From a bacterium (GTDB lineage Bacteria > Patescibacteriota > Dojkabacteria > B142 > OLB20): a stretch of DNA of 64,000 nucleotides. The stretch spans positions 33,803-97,802 of the forward strand of contig JAJTYI010000001.1 in assembly GCA_021463645.1 (NCBI GenBank), written 5' to 3'. Shown here one piece after another: positions 36,181-45,993 of this stretch; position 1 is the first letter of the stretch; each line of letters begins with the position of its first letter. Under the pieces are notes generated by a model. That model was not told where the DNA came from. It saw nothing but the letters and a program-made list of their open reading frames with translations, and did no database searches. Made by a program: the position numbers and the translations under genes.

Positions 36181-36639
36181 TTAACGTTTCGAGAATTGGT
36201 GAGATTTTCTAGCCTTAACTCTGCCAGTTTTCTTTCTCTCAACCATCCTATCATCACGAGTCATAAATGAAGCCTTTCGAAGTGTAGCCTTCAAAGTCTC
36301 GTCTGATTTGACGAATGCTCTGGCAATTCCCAAACTGATTGCTTCTCTTTGTGCTTTTTTTCCACCACCTTTTACTTTAGATGTGAAATAGAAGTCACTT
36401 AATTTCTCGAGAAAAATTAGTGGTCCGTTTACAACTTTTTGGTCTGATTTAAGAGGGAAATATTGTTTCAAATCCATGCCGTTTACTGTGCTTGTTCCTT
36501 TTGATTCGAACAATCTCACGGTAGCTATAGCAGTTTTTCTTCTTCCAAGAGCATAATAATATTTCTCTATTTTAGCTTTTGGTTCAGCTTTCACTTCTTT
36601 TGTGACTTTTGGTTTTGTATCTTTTTTGGTCTCTGTCAT
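36181..36639 (-). CDS. rpsI: 30S ribosomal protein S9 (with a K/E-rich N-terminal extension).
   Basis: YYALGRRKTAIATVRL...C-terminal KARKSHQFSKR. Confidence 0.93.
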   Translation of the reverse strand: MTETKKDTKPKVTKEVKAEPKAKIEKYYYALGRRKTAIATVRLFESKGTSTVNGMDLKQYFPLKSDQKVVNGPLIFLEKLSDFYFTSKVKGGGKKAQREAISLGIARAFVKSDETLKATLRKASFMTRDDRMVERKKTGRVKARKSHQFSKR

Positions 36640-37076
36640 TTGGTTTTAATTTCAAGTTTAACTGGTTTTTGTGATTCATGTTTATGTTTTTCATCAGCAT
36701 AAACATAAAGATTGTTTAAAAATTCGTCTCTTAATTTAGTTTTAGGTAACATTCCTGAGATTGCTTTTTCGACAACTCTCTCTGGAAACTTCTCTAGCAT
36801 TTCTTCTAGAGGGACTTCTTTGAATCCACCTCTATATGTAGAGTGGGTATAATACATTTTCTTTTTTAATTTATCTTTGTATACATCAACTTGTTTTGCG
36901 TTGATAATGACTAATGCATCACCTCCAACCATGTTTGTTGTTTTTGTTGTTTTATTCTTACCAATCAAAATACTAGCGCAGTAGGTTGCTAATCTTCCTA
37001 GTCGGACACCTTTGGCATCAACTAAGTACCATTGTTTATTCAAGTCCTGTTTTTTAATTACTGTTGTGTTTTTCAT
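36636..37076 (-). CDS. rplM: 50S ribosomal protein L13.
   Basis: QWYLVDAKGVRLGRLA...GGDALVIINA. The L13-S9 pair is conserved. Confidence 0.93.
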   Translation of the reverse strand: MKNTTVIKKQDLNKQWYLVDAKGVRLGRLATYCASILIGKNKTTKTTNMVGGDALVIINAKQVDVYKDKLKKKMYYTHSTYRGGFKEVPLEEMLEKFPERVVEKAISGMLPKTKLRDEFLNNLYVYADEKHKHESQKPVKLEIKTK

Positions 37077-37081
37077 TATTA

Positions 37082-37612
37082 TTATATTCCTGATCTAGAT
37101 TTAGCTTTACCTTGTGCACCTTTTTCCATGTTTTGGCTTTTGGCTTGTGACATGTCTTTTATTTCATTAACTTCGTATTTCTTAGTCTCAGAGGTTGCGA
37201 CTTCTTTTTTCTTTGATTTTTTAGTTGTTTTCTTCGCACCGATTTCTTTGTATACATAACCTTTTACAATCATTTTAATCATTGGAGAATTGTCTCCTTT
37301 TCTTAGACCTGTTTTGTATAAATTAAGGTAGCCACCATCAGAATCATCTAATCTTTTTGCAAGAATATTAATTGCTTTGTCGGTTGCTAATTTACTAAAC
37401 AGAATTTTGTTTAATTTCATTTCTGCATGTCTCTTGTTCTTTTCTTTTGCGATATTAATCATCTTGTCAAACAAGGGAACTATCGCTTTCGCCTTGCTAG
37501 CCGTTGTTTCTAAATACTCGTAAGTAACTAAATCAGTTAGTAGACTCCTTTTTAATGATTCCGAGTGAGCTTTGTTACTTGCTAGTTTTGTTATTTTCGG
37601 TCTATTGTTCAT
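37082..37612 (-). CDS. rplQ: 50S ribosomal protein L17 (with a K-rich C-terminal extension).
   Basis: HSESLKRSLLTDLVTYEYLETTASKAKAIVPLFDKMINIAK. It follows rpoA. Confidence 0.9.
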   Translation of the reverse strand: MNNRPKITKLASNKAHSESLKRSLLTDLVTYEYLETTASKAKAIVPLFDKMINIAKEKNKRHAEMKLNKILFSKLATDKAINILAKRLDDSDGGYLNLYKTGLRKGDNSPMIKMIVKGYVYKEIGAKKTTKKSKKKEVATSETKKYEVNEIKDMSQAKSQNMEKGAQGKAKSRSGI

Positions 37613-37615
37613 CTA

Positions 37616-38563
37616 TTAATTGATTTCAAATGTTAATCCCTTTTCAGACATAATATCTTCTAATTCTGTCATTGATTTCTTTCCCATTCCTTTGAAGTTT
37701 GCAACTTCTTCTCTTGGAAGTCCTGCCAAACCTCTCAAATCACTGATACCTGAGTTTAGTAAAGCGTTAGTTAATCTAGTTGAGAGATTAAGTTGGCTTA
37801 CTAAAATCTTATCTTCTGTTAATTCATGATCAGCCTCTTCTTTGATAATATTTTCTTCTGCTAATATTGGGTCACCACCAAATTGAGCTAATAGTCTATT
37901 TGCCATTTCATCGTAGATTTCACCAGCTTTCAACAATGCTTCGGAAGCTGTAACTGTAGCATTTGTATAAATATCCAAATCAATTTGATCAAGATCAGTA
38001 TATTCACCTAATCTAGCTTTTGTGATATTTACATCTACTCTATTTACAGGACTGAAGTTTGAATCAACTGGAATTACTCCAATTTCTTTTCGTCTTTCTT
38101 CGTCTGCATATGAATATCCAACACCATTCTCTACTACAACTTCAAGTTTCAATGAAGTATCACCCGTAAGAGTTGTGATTTCCAAATCTTTGTTTATGAT
38201 TTCTACATCACTTGGAACATCAAAATCATTAGCTGTAACGATAGTAACTTTATCTTTATTGCCCTTAACATTTAATGTAAGAGTTGTTGGATCATCACTA
38301 TATTTCTTAATTGCTAAGTTTTTGAGCTTCAAAATAATGAAAATCACATCTTCTTGAACATTGTCCATGCTAGTGTATTCATGCTTTACTCCATCAATCT
38401 TCACGGACGTAACGGCTGCACCAGGAACTGAAGAAAGAAGAATTCTTCTCAAAGTATTCCCTAGAGTATGTCCATACCCACTTGGGAGCGGTCCGATTTG
38501 GATTTGTCCAAGTCCTGGATCATCCTTTACTACTTTAACTTTAAATTTATCAAGTGAAATCAT
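37616..38563 (-). CDS. rpoA: DNA-directed RNA polymerase alpha subunit.
   Basis: IGPLPSGYGHTLGNTLRRILLSSVPGAAVTSVKIDGVKHEY and a C-terminal helix-hairpin-helix domain. Confidence 0.95.
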   Translation of the reverse strand: MISLDKFKVKVVKDDPGLGQIQIGPLPSGYGHTLGNTLRRILLSSVPGAAVTSVKIDGVKHEYTSMDNVQEDVIFIILKLKNLAIKKYSDDPTTLTLNVKGNKDKVTIVTANDFDVPSDVEIINKDLEITTLTGDTSLKLEVVVENGVGYSYADEERRKEIGVIPVDSNFSPVNRVDVNITKARLGEYTDLDQIDLDIYTNATVTASEALLKAGEIYDEMANRLLAQFGGDPILAEENIIKEEADHELTEDKILVSQLNLSTRLTNALLNSGISDLRGLAGLPREEVANFKGMGKKSMTELEDIMSEKGLTFEIN

Positions 38564-38590
38564 GTTATTAGATCTAATTTAAAATAATTA

Positions 38591-39175
38591 TCATCGTGAA
38601 TAGAACTCAATAATTTGCTGTTCTTCAATTCCTTGATCAAGCATGTCTCTCGTTGGCAATGTCTTAACTTGGCCTTCTTTAAGCCATTCTGGAACTTTTA
38701 CATTTTTAAGTTCAGCTTGCATTACTTTAATATGATCTTCTTTTTGGAATTTTGCCTCCAAAGCAACTTGGTCTCCAACTTTTAATGTGTAAGATGGAAT
38801 AGTCACTTTTTCTCCATTAACTGTTACATGTCCATGAGTGACAAATTGTCTTGCTTGGTTTCTGGTTTTGGCAAGTTTGAGTCTATAAACAACATTATCC
38901 AATCTAAGTTCCAACAACTGCAACATTCTTGTTCCAGTATTACCTGTTGCTTTACTAGCATCTTGATAGATTTTTTTGAATTGTTTTTCCATCAAACCGT
39001 AAATCCTCTTCACTTTTTGCTTTTCTCTAAATTGAACAGCATAGTTTGAAGGTCTAGATTTTGAAGTTGTGTGCACTCCTGGAGGGTTTGGTCTCTTTCT
39101 CCATGATTCATTACCGAAGATATCGTAATTTTCTCTTCTACTAATTTTCCATTTTGGTCCTGTATATCTTGCCAT
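38591..39175 (-). CDS. rpsD: 30S ribosomal protein S4.
   Basis: MARYTGPKWKISRRE...LELRLDNVVYRL. Confidence 0.95.
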   Translation of the reverse strand: MARYTGPKWKISRRENYDIFGNESWRKRPNPPGVHTTSKSRPSNYAVQFREKQKVKRIYGLMEKQFKKIYQDASKATGNTGTRMLQLLELRLDNVVYRLKLAKTRNQARQFVTHGHVTVNGEKVTIPSYTLKVGDQVALEAKFQKEDHIKVMQAELKNVKVPEWLKEGQVKTLPTRDMLDQGIEEQQIIEFYSR

Positions 39176-39199
39176 TATTAATTATCTACTTATAAAGAA

Positions 39200-39646
39200 T
39201 TAACTACCTCTTGGTTTTTTTCTAGGTGTTGTACCACCATGAGGGATAGATGTGTGATCTGATAGTGATGTCAATCTAAGTCCTCCTGTCCTCAAACCTT
39301 TTACAGCTGCTTGACGACCCATTCCTGTACCTTTAACAATCACAGTGCCTGTTGTAACTCCATATTTCTGAGCTTTTGCTACAGCATCCTCTGCTGCTTT
39401 TGTTGCGGCAAATGCAGTACTTTTCTTTGAACCTTTGAACCCAACTGCTCCTGGACTACTCCAAGATAAAACATTACCATCGTAATCTGTGATGGTCACC
39501 ATAGTATTGTTATAACTTGAAGAAATGAAAACTTTTACTTTTTGAACACTAAGTTTCTTTTTCTTTTTGTTTTTAAACTTTTTGCTTCCAGTATTTGCTC
39601 CGGTTGCCTTTGTTTCTTTTTTGTCTTTTTTACCTGCTTTAGCCAC
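39200..39646 (-). CDS. rpsK: 30S ribosomal protein S11 (with a K-rich N-terminal extension).
   Basis: NNTMVTITDYDGNVLSWSSPGAVGFKGSKKSTAFAA. Confidence 0.95.
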   Translation of the reverse strand: MAKAGKKDKKETKATGANTGSKKFKNKKKKKLSVQKVKVFISSSYNNTMVTITDYDGNVLSWSSPGAVGFKGSKKSTAFAATKAAEDAVAKAQKYGVTTGTVIVKGTGMGRQAAVKGLRTGGLRLTSLSDHTSIPHGGTTPRKKPRGS

Positions 39647-39674
39647 TTTTAAGTAGTTTATAATAAAAATAGAT

Positions 39675-40055
39675 TTAAGTTTTTTCTAGTTTTCTCTTCA
39701 ATCCTCCGACTGCGATATTTCTACCTTTTCTTGTTACTGCGTTAGTTCTTGTTTGTTGGCCTCGAACTGGAAGTCCTAATTTATGTCTAATTCCTCTGTA
39801 GCTTTTGATGTCTTTAAGTCTTTTCACATTTCTAAACACTGTTTGTCTAAGATCTCCTTCTAGAGTCTTCTCTGCGAGTGCATTTGAAATTCTTTTGATT
39901 TCTTGATCAGATAAATCCTTTACTCTTTTGTTTGGATCTACATTTGTCTGTTCTAAAATCTTCTTTGAAGTTGTATGACCAACTCCGTATATATAAGGTA
40001 GTGCGTATTCAATTTTTTTCTCTAAAGGCAAACTAATGCCAGCAATTCTTGCCAT
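39675..40055 (-). CDS. rpsM: 30S ribosomal protein S13.
   Basis: MARIAGISLP...SYRGIRHKLGLPVRGQQTRTNA. Confidence 0.95.
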   Translation of the reverse strand: MARIAGISLPLEKKIEYALPYIYGVGHTTSKKILEQTNVDPNKRVKDLSDQEIKRISNALAEKTLEGDLRQTVFRNVKRLKDIKSYRGIRHKLGLPVRGQQTRTNAVTRKGRNIAVGGLKRKLEKT

Positions 40056-40064
40056 ATTTAATAA

Positions 40065-40196
40065 TTAACCTTGTTTCTGCTTGTGACGTGGGTCACGTTT
40101 GCAGTATATATAAACTATTTTTTTACCGTTTGCTTTTGAACGTTTAACAATGTAACAGTGTTCACAGCGTTTTTTAACAGATGCTTTTACTTTCAT
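40065..40196 (-). CDS. rpmJ: 50S ribosomal protein L36 (43 aa, not in the ORF track).
   Basis: Hand translation gives [43 protein letters not shown]. The ATG overlaps the infA stop by 1 nt (TAATG). It sits in the conserved infA-rpmJ-rpsM position. Confidence 0.9.
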   Translation of the reverse strand: MKVKASVKKRCEHCYIVKRSKANGKKIVYIYCKRDPRHKQKQG

Positions 40197-40426
40197 TAGA
40201 ATCTATATGTAATTCTTCCTTTAGTTAAATCATAAGGTGTCATTTCGAGTTCTACTTCGTCACCTTTTTGTAATTTAATATAATGCATTCGCATTCGACC
40301 TGATATGTGTCCCATTACTACATGCTTGTCACCCTTTAGGTCAATTTCAATCTTAAATTTTGTTCCTGGGAGAGTTTCAATAATTGTCCCTCGAACTTTA
40401 AAAATTTTATCCTTATCAGATACCAT
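40196..40426 (-). CDS. infA: Translation initiation factor IF-1.
   Basis: The S1-like fold pattern [16 protein letters not shown]...[19 protein letters not shown]. Confidence 0.93.
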   Translation of the reverse strand: MVSDKDKIFKVRGTIIETLPGTKFKIEIDLKGDKHVVMGHISGRMRMHYIKLQKGDEVELEMTPYDLTKGRITYRF

Positions 40427-40475
40427 TAACTAAAATATTTCTAAATAAAAAATTGCGGCAATAAAGCCACATCAC

Positions 40476-40500
40476 AGTAAATGCGAATTTCGCAGTTACT
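40476..40500 (-). promoter_or_regulatory. 25-bp imperfect palindrome (AGTAA-a-TGCGAA-t-TTCGCA-g-TTACT) in the infA leader.
   Basis: Read directly. It lies between the candidate promoter at 40549-40577 and the infA ATG at 40426. Confidence 0.4.
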
Positions 40501-40548
40501 CAATCGCTATATTATTTATCAAAACCTGAAAGCCATAAGCGATATAGG

Positions 40549-40577
40549 ATTATAGCAGATAGAGTTTTGATAGACAA
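40549..40577 (-). promoter_or_regulatory. Sigma-70-like promoter for infA-rpmJ-rpsM-rpsK-rpsD-rpoA-rplQ.
   Basis: On the reverse complement: TTGTCT (40577-40572), a 17-nt spacer, then TATAAT (40554-40549). It lies directly downstream of the map stop. Confidence 0.45.
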
Positions 40578-40578
40578 C

Positions 40579-41328
40579 CTATCTTGTTAATATTTTTGCT
40601 TTGGTTTTGCCTACTGCGATTGTGTGTTCAAAGATAGCCGATCTTTTTCCATCAACTGTTAAGGTTGTCCAGCCATCGTCCAATATCTCAATTTCAGAAA
40701 GTCCTTCATTTATCATAGGTTCGATTGCAATAGTCATACCTTCTTTCAATACTGGTCCATCTCCTTGCTCTCCAAAACACGGTATGTAAGGTTCTTCATG
40801 AAGATTCCTACCAATTCCGTGTCCTGTCATTTGAGTTATTACATTGAAACCAGCCAACTCAGCAATTGTTTGAATCGCGTAACCAATATCTCCGACTGTG
40901 TTTCCTTCGATAGAAAGTTCTATACTTTTTGATAGAGCAAGCTTTGTTGTCTCAAGTAGTCTTATTGCGTCATCATCAACATTTCCAACCGGAACCGTTA
41001 AAGCAGAATCCAGATAGAAATCTTGATAGATGATTCCCATATCGATGCTTATAATTTGACCTTCAACAGTGTATTCTTCAGGACATGGAATTCCATGAAC
41101 AGCAACATCATCTATACCAGTACATATATTTGCTTCATATCCTTGGTAACCTTTGAACGCAGGTATTACATTAAATTTTTTGCAAAGATCTCCCGCTTTG
41201 TCATCTAATTCCTTGGTAGTAATACCAGGTTTTACCGTCTCAGCGAGTGTGTTTAATATTTCTGCTAGAATACTGCCACCAGATTTCATGATGGCAATTT
41301 CTTTTTTTGTTTTAATTTTAATTGCCAC
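40579..41328 (-). CDS. map: Methionine aminopeptidase type I.
   Basis: IKTKKEIAIMKSGGSILAE...HGIP...DMG...TGHGIG...EP... metal-ligand pattern. Confidence 0.93.
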   Translation of the reverse strand: MAIKIKTKKEIAIMKSGGSILAEILNTLAETVKPGITTKELDDKAGDLCKKFNVIPAFKGYQGYEANICTGIDDVAVHGIPCPEEYTVEGQIISIDMGIIYQDFYLDSALTVPVGNVDDDAIRLLETTKLALSKSIELSIEGNTVGDIGYAIQTIAELAGFNVITQMTGHGIGRNLHEEPYIPCFGEQGDGPVLKEGMTIAIEPMINEGLSEIEILDDGWTTLTVDGKRSAIFEHTIAVGKTKAKILTR

Positions 41329-42822
41329 TTATTTGTATTGTTCGTAACTTCTAGTGACAGTAAGTGATTTCATCTGTCTAATCGTGTCGAGAACCACACC
41401 TACTACAATCAAAATACTTGTACCTCCAATACCTGATAAAATTGCTAGGTTCGCACCCTGGGGTGTAAGTCTGGCTAAATTGGGAATAATGGCAATTGTT
41501 GCCAAGAAAAGACTTCCCACTACTGTCAGCTTTATCAGTACGTTTGTAATATATTTTTGTGTAACTTTACCTGGTCTCAATCCTGGAATAAATCCACCAC
41601 TTTTCTTTAAATTATCTGCGGTGTCAGCAGGTTTGTAGGTAACAAATGTATAGAAGAATGAGAAAATTACAATCATTAAAAAGAAAGTCACGAGATACAA
41701 AACACTATCCCTCAAGAAATCTCCGCTATTGAGAAAAGCTGAATTATTTCCTAGGAATGATTCGTTTATCGAAGTTCCAATGCTATATAGTCTAGACTCA
41801 GGATCAGCCGTACCAATTAATAATTGTGCAATTATTTGAGGGAAAGATAGTAACGCCGAGGCGAAAATAACAGGCATAACTCCAGCCTGATTCAATTTTA
41901 ATGGTAGGTAAGTTGCTTGAACTCCAGCTGCTCTAAATCTTCTAGCGTATTGAATGGTCACTTTTCGAACTGCTTCGTTGATATATACAATACTCATAAT
42001 CAGCAAGTAAAAACCCGCTATGAAGAAATATATCAATTTGAAGTTATCATTGATTAATACATTGAAATTCCCGTTTTTGAGTAGTTCAATATCATTTGAT
42101 AAAAATACAAAATCTCTTGCAACAAGATTAGGAACAACAGTAAGAATACTAATAGTTATGATTATCGAAATTCCATTTCCGATCCCATGAGCCGTGATAA
42201 GTTCTCCCAACCACATCAAGACCATACTTCCTGCTGTAAGAGAAACAACCATTGTGACAATATCAAAATTTGTGACATTATCAAGTAAACCAGCCAATTG
42301 AGGCACTGTCGCAGTGACACTTTTCAATACTGAATAAATTACAACTGCCTGAACCACAGTTAGTGGAACAGCTAGTATTCTAGTATATTGGTTAATAACG
42401 GCTCTTCCTCTTTCACCTTCTTTTGATAATTCCTCTAATTTAGGAATAATGGAAGTAAGTAATTGCAGTACAATAGAAGCATTAATGTATGCTCCCAAAC
42501 CTATTGCAACCACAGAAGGATTATCTAATCTTCCTCCAGTAACTATTGAGAAGAAATTTGTTAGTGGATTGTTACCGAATGCTTCAGCAAACAACTGGGT
42601 ATCAATACCAGGAAGAGGTACTGCTGCTAAAATTCTATAAACTACAACTAAACCAATTGTGATTAAGATTTTCTTTCGAATCTCAGGAGATCGCAATGAT
42701 TCTCTTAAAGAGATTTGATCTTTATCTGTTGTATTAGAGAACTTGGGCTTAGGTGTAATTCTATTCTTGAATCTATTTACATTCAATTTGGGGAGTTTGA
42801 GTCGTGATTTTGAAAGTTTCAT
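41329..42822 (-). CDS. secY: Preprotein translocase subunit SecY (with an N-terminal extension).
   Basis: Ten-TM pattern. IRKKILITIGLVVVYRILAAVPLPGID and GIMPVIFA-like (GVMPVIFASALL) motifs. Confidence 0.95.
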   Translation of the reverse strand: MKLSKSRLKLPKLNVNRFKNRITPKPKFSNTTDKDQISLRESLRSPEIRKKILITIGLVVVYRILAAVPLPGIDTQLFAEAFGNNPLTNFFSIVTGGRLDNPSVVAIGLGAYINASIVLQLLTSIIPKLEELSKEGERGRAVINQYTRILAVPLTVVQAVVIYSVLKSVTATVPQLAGLLDNVTNFDIVTMVVSLTAGSMVLMWLGELITAHGIGNGISIIITISILTVVPNLVARDFVFLSNDIELLKNGNFNVLINDNFKLIYFFIAGFYLLIMSIVYINEAVRKVTIQYARRFRAAGVQATYLPLKLNQAGVMPVIFASALLSFPQIIAQLLIGTADPESRLYSIGTSINESFLGNNSAFLNSGDFLRDSVLYLVTFFLMIVIFSFFYTFVTYKPADTADNLKKSGGFIPGLRPGKVTQKYITNVLIKLTVVGSLFLATIAIIPNLARLTPQGANLAILSGIGGTSILIVVGVVLDTIRQMKSLTVTRSYEQYK

Positions 42823-42843
42823 GTAGTTTATGTTAAACGTTAC

Positions 42844-43293
42844 TTAGAGAACTTTGCCACCTGCTTTTTCGATTTGTGCTTTAACTGATTTTGATACGGC
42901 AATATTTTCAACTGTGATTTTCTTTTTTAATTCGCCATTATTCAAAATCTTAACATTAGTGTTTTTGCCCTTTCCAGTTATCAAACCAGCTTCTTTTAGT
43001 TTTTCTACATTTATTATATCTCCATCTTTGAAATCATTTAGTCTTTCAATCTTTACAATTTCAACTTTATTTTTATGTTGGAAATATGCTCTTGAAAAAC
43101 CTTTTAGTTTAGGGATTCTGCGAGACAGAGGCATCTGACCTCCTTCGAAACCTTTTCTAGCAAGTTTGTAACCTGTTCTAGATTTTGCTCCTTTTGATCC
43201 ACGACCAACGGTATGACCTCCTTTTCCAGAGCCATATCCTCTTCCAACTCTTTTTTTATTCTTTGTTGTTTTCAATAAGTAGTTATGTATCAT
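42844..43293 (-). CDS. rplO: 50S ribosomal protein L15.
   Basis: KRVGRGYGSGKGGHTVGRGSKGAKSR...GGQMPL. Confidence 0.93.
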   Translation of the reverse strand: MIHNYLLKTTKNKKRVGRGYGSGKGGHTVGRGSKGAKSRTGYKLARKGFEGGQMPLSRRIPKLKGFSRAYFQHKNKVEIVKIERLNDFKDGDIINVEKLKEAGLITGKGKNTNVKILNNGELKKKITVENIAVSKSVKAQIEKAGGKVL

Positions 43294-43868
43294 GATTTCA
43301 TAGATTGTAATGCCTCAATTGTTGCGTAAACATTAGTAATTGGGTTTGAAGCACCGATAATTTTAGTTAGGATGTCTTTTACACCGACAAGTTCTAATAC
43401 AGATCTCATAGATGCACCTGCAATTACTCCAGTTCCAGGAGCTGCTGGTTTCATAAAAATCTTGACAGCACCTTTCTTGTGTAAAATTTCGTGTGGGATT
43501 GTTGTATTATGCAAATTTACTGTTACCATATTTTTCTTAGCTTTGTTGTAAGCCTTTGTTTCTGCGCTTTTTACATCTGCTCCTTTTCCAACTGCTGTGC
43601 CAACTTTTCCTTTTCTATCACCAACTACGACTAAAACACTTAGACTCATTCTTTTACCACCTTTGTATGTATGTGATACTCGTCTGATAGATACGATTCT
43701 TTTCTCAACATCATCAGGGTTTTGTCGTCTTTGGTTTTTGTTATTGTTTCGTTGATTATTTCTGGATTTATTTCTGTCAAAAGTCGTAGTTCTGCCACCA
43801 GCTCTGCTAGGTTCTTTTTTAACTTCCTTAGATTCAACTTTTTTTGTTTCTTGCACTTCTGTCGCCAT
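43290..43868 (-). CDS. rpsE: 30S ribosomal protein S5 (with an R/N/K-rich N-terminal extension).
   Basis: VSIRRVSHTYKGGKRMSLSVLVVVGDRKGKVGTAVGKG. It overlaps rplO by 4 nt, which leaves no room for L30. Confidence 0.93.
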   Translation of the reverse strand: MATEVQETKKVESKEVKKEPSRAGGRTTTFDRNKSRNNQRNNNKNQRRQNPDDVEKRIVSIRRVSHTYKGGKRMSLSVLVVVGDRKGKVGTAVGKGADVKSAETKAYNKAKKNMVTVNLHNTTIPHEILHKKGAVKIFMKPAAPGTGVIAGASMRSVLELVGVKDILTKIIGASNPITNVYATIEALQSMKS

Positions 43869-43882
43869 TAATATTTAGCTAA

Positions 43883-44224
43883 TTAAAATATAAGTCCACC
43901 ATCTTTTGCCCCTTGGGCAAGTTCTTTGATTCTACCATGGAATTTAAATCCATTTCTGTCAAACACGACTTTCGTTATCTTTTTTGCCTGAGCTAATTTT
44001 GCTAAACTCTCACCTACCAATTTTGCTTTTTCAGACTTTGTACCCTTTTCAAGTTTTACATCGCTAGTTGCCATTAAGGTTTGACTGTTTGAATCATCAA
44101 CTAATTGTGCATAGATGTGTTGGTTAGTTCTATAAACAGACAATCTTGGTCGTTCCATAGTTCCAACAACTCTATTTCTGATTTTTAATTTTCTTCTATT
44201 TCGTCTATCTGTTTTTGTAATCAT
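43883..44224 (-). CDS. rplR: 50S ribosomal protein L18.
   Basis: RPRLSVYRTNQHIYAQLVDD...VFDRNGFKFHGRIKELAQGAKDGGL. Confidence 0.93.
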   Translation of the reverse strand: MITKTDRRNRRKLKIRNRVVGTMERPRLSVYRTNQHIYAQLVDDSNSQTLMATSDVKLEKGTKSEKAKLVGESLAKLAQAKKITKVVFDRNGFKFHGRIKELAQGAKDGGLIF

Positions 44225-44241
44225 TGTTTCAATTTAATACT

Positions 44242-44808
44242 TTATGATGTAGCTCCAGATTTACCGGACTTACGTTTAACTTGCTCATCAGCATATCTGA
44301 TCCCTTTGCCCTTGTAGGGTTCAGGTTTTCGCAGTTCACGAATCTCAGCTGCTGTTTGACCTACTAATTGTTTATCTGTTCCTTTTACTGTGATTTTCTC
44401 TTGATCTTCCATAATTAATTCAACTCCTTCTCTTGCTTCGTAATGTACGATATGAGAAAAACCTAACTTTAACTCTAGTTTTCTATTTGATTTTAATTCA
44501 CCACGATAACCTGTTCCATGAATTTCTAATTTTCTTTCAAAACCTTCTGTAACACCTTGCACCATATTGGCGATTAGTGATCGGTATAAGCCATGATAGG
44601 ACTTCCCAGTTACTGTGTTTGACTTTTTATCAACAATAACTTCATCATTCTCGATTTTAATTGTTACACCTTTTCTTACTGACAATGACTGTGTTCCCAA
44701 TGGACCTTCAACAGTAACTAAAAGATAATGATAATCTCCGCCATCCTCAATATTGACTTTGACTTTGGAACTATCGAATTTTATTGGCATTTGACCGATT
44801 TTTGACAT
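44242..44808 (-). CDS. rplF: 50S ribosomal protein L6.
   Basis: MSKIGQMPI...HGLYRSLIANMVQGVTEGFERKLEI.GTGYR...EPYKGKGIRY. Confidence 0.93.
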   Translation of the reverse strand: MSKIGQMPIKFDSSKVKVNIEDGGDYHYLLVTVEGPLGTQSLSVRKGVTIKIENDEVIVDKKSNTVTGKSYHGLYRSLIANMVQGVTEGFERKLEIHGTGYRGELKSNRKLELKLGFSHIVHYEAREGVELIMEDQEKITVKGTDKQLVGQTAAEIRELRKPEPYKGKGIRYADEQVKRKSGKSGATS

Positions 44809-44810
44809 TA

Positions 44811-45209
44811 TTACCAGATTTCACATAAATACTCACCACCGACTTTGCTTTTTTTAGCGTCATCTCCGCTTAAAACTCCTTGCGGTGTAGAAATAATAGC
44901 AATACCTTTACCACTTAAGACTTTAGGTATTTCTTTGTAATTAACATATTTCCTCAAACCTGGCTTTGAGATTCTTTTCATACTTCTCATAGCTGGTTCT
45001 GAACCGATATATTTTAATTTAACATTTAAAGTTTGTTGAGGAAGATCTTTTTCATTTGATACCTCATAATCCTCTATCATATTTGATTTTTTTAATATCT
45101 CACTGATTGCAACAAGCATTTTTGTAGAAGGAATTGTCACAAACTCTTGTTTGCGCAATTGAGCATTTCTAACTCTTGTTAAATAATCAGATATTGTATC
45201 GTTTACCAT
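44811..45209 (-). CDS. rpsH: 30S ribosomal protein S8.
   Basis: DTISDYLTRVRNAQLRK...GIAIISTPQGVLSGDDAKKSKVGGEYLCEIW. Confidence 0.93.
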   Translation of the reverse strand: MVNDTISDYLTRVRNAQLRKQEFVTIPSTKMLVAISEILKKSNMIEDYEVSNEKDLPQQTLNVKLKYIGSEPAMRSMKRISKPGLRKYVNYKEIPKVLSGKGIAIISTPQGVLSGDDAKKSKVGGEYLCEIW

Positions 45210-45226
45210 AATTTGAATTTAAAAAC

Positions 45227-45421
45227 TTACCAGGAAGATTTTTTTAGCCCAGGTATATCACCTTTATGAGCTAATCTTCTCAGACAAATCCTACATAATT
45301 TAAAGTATCTATGATAACTTCTCGATCTTCCACAGATTTCACAACGTGAAAATGCTTGAGTTTCATATTTTGCATGTTTATTTAATTTTCTTGCTTTTGC
45401 TTCTTGAGCTGCTGTAGACAT
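45227..45421 (-). CDS. rpsZ: 30S ribosomal protein S14, zinc-binding type Z.
   Basis: 64 aa. CxxC...CxxC (CEICGR...CRIC) with a C-terminal PGLKKSSW. Confidence 0.92.
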   Translation of the reverse strand: MSTAAQEAKARKLNKHAKYETQAFSRCEICGRSRSYHRYFKLCRICLRRLAHKGDIPGLKKSSW

Positions 45422-45436
45422 ATTTATTTATTAAAT

Positions 45437-45991
45437 TTAAACTTTTTGAAAAGGCATGCCAAGTAATGAAAGTAAAGACTTCGCTTGTTCATTATTGTCA
45501 GCACTGGTACAGATTATAACCTGTAACCCCCTTATTTTACTAACTTTTGTTGCATCAACTTCAGGAAAAATTGTATGTTCTTTCAATCCCAGGGCATAAT
45601 TTCCTTGTCCATCGAATGCGTTTACAGGAACACCTCTAAAGTCTTTAACCCTAGGGAGTGCTACTGAAACCAATCTATCCAAGAAATACCACATCATATC
45701 TTTTCTCAAAGTAACCTTAACTCCTATATCCATTCCTTTTCGGATTTTGAAGTTTGAGATTGCTTTCTTGCTCTTTGTAATCATAGGCTTCTGTCCAGAA
45801 ATCAATGCTATATCTCGAACCATTTCTTCGATTGCTGTGTTATCAGTCTTTGCTTCACCCAATCCAGAATTAATAATAATTTTTGTAAGGTTAGGAACTG
45901 CCATTTTGTTTTTTATTCCAAGGGTCTTCTGAAGCTCTGGTAACACTTCTTTCTCATATTTAATTTTTAGTCTTGGTTTTTCGTTTGCCAT
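45437..45991 (-). CDS. rplE: 50S ribosomal protein L5.
   Basis: PRLKIKYEKEVLPELQK...MAVPNLTKIIINSGLGEA...FDGQGNYALGLKEHTIFPE. Confidence 0.95.
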   Translation of the reverse strand: MANEKPRLKIKYEKEVLPELQKTLGIKNKMAVPNLTKIIINSGLGEAKTDNTAIEEMVRDIALISGQKPMITKSKKAISNFKIRKGMDIGVKVTLRKDMMWYFLDRLVSVALPRVKDFRGVPVNAFDGQGNYALGLKEHTIFPEVDATKVSKIRGLQVIICTSADNNEQAKSLLSLLGMPFQKV

Positions 45992-45993
45992 AA

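Noticed and set aside
43646-43837. 63-aa same-strand ORF overlapping the 5' part of rpsE in another frame.
   Set aside because: It lies within the low-complexity extension of S5, and no independent evidence supports it.
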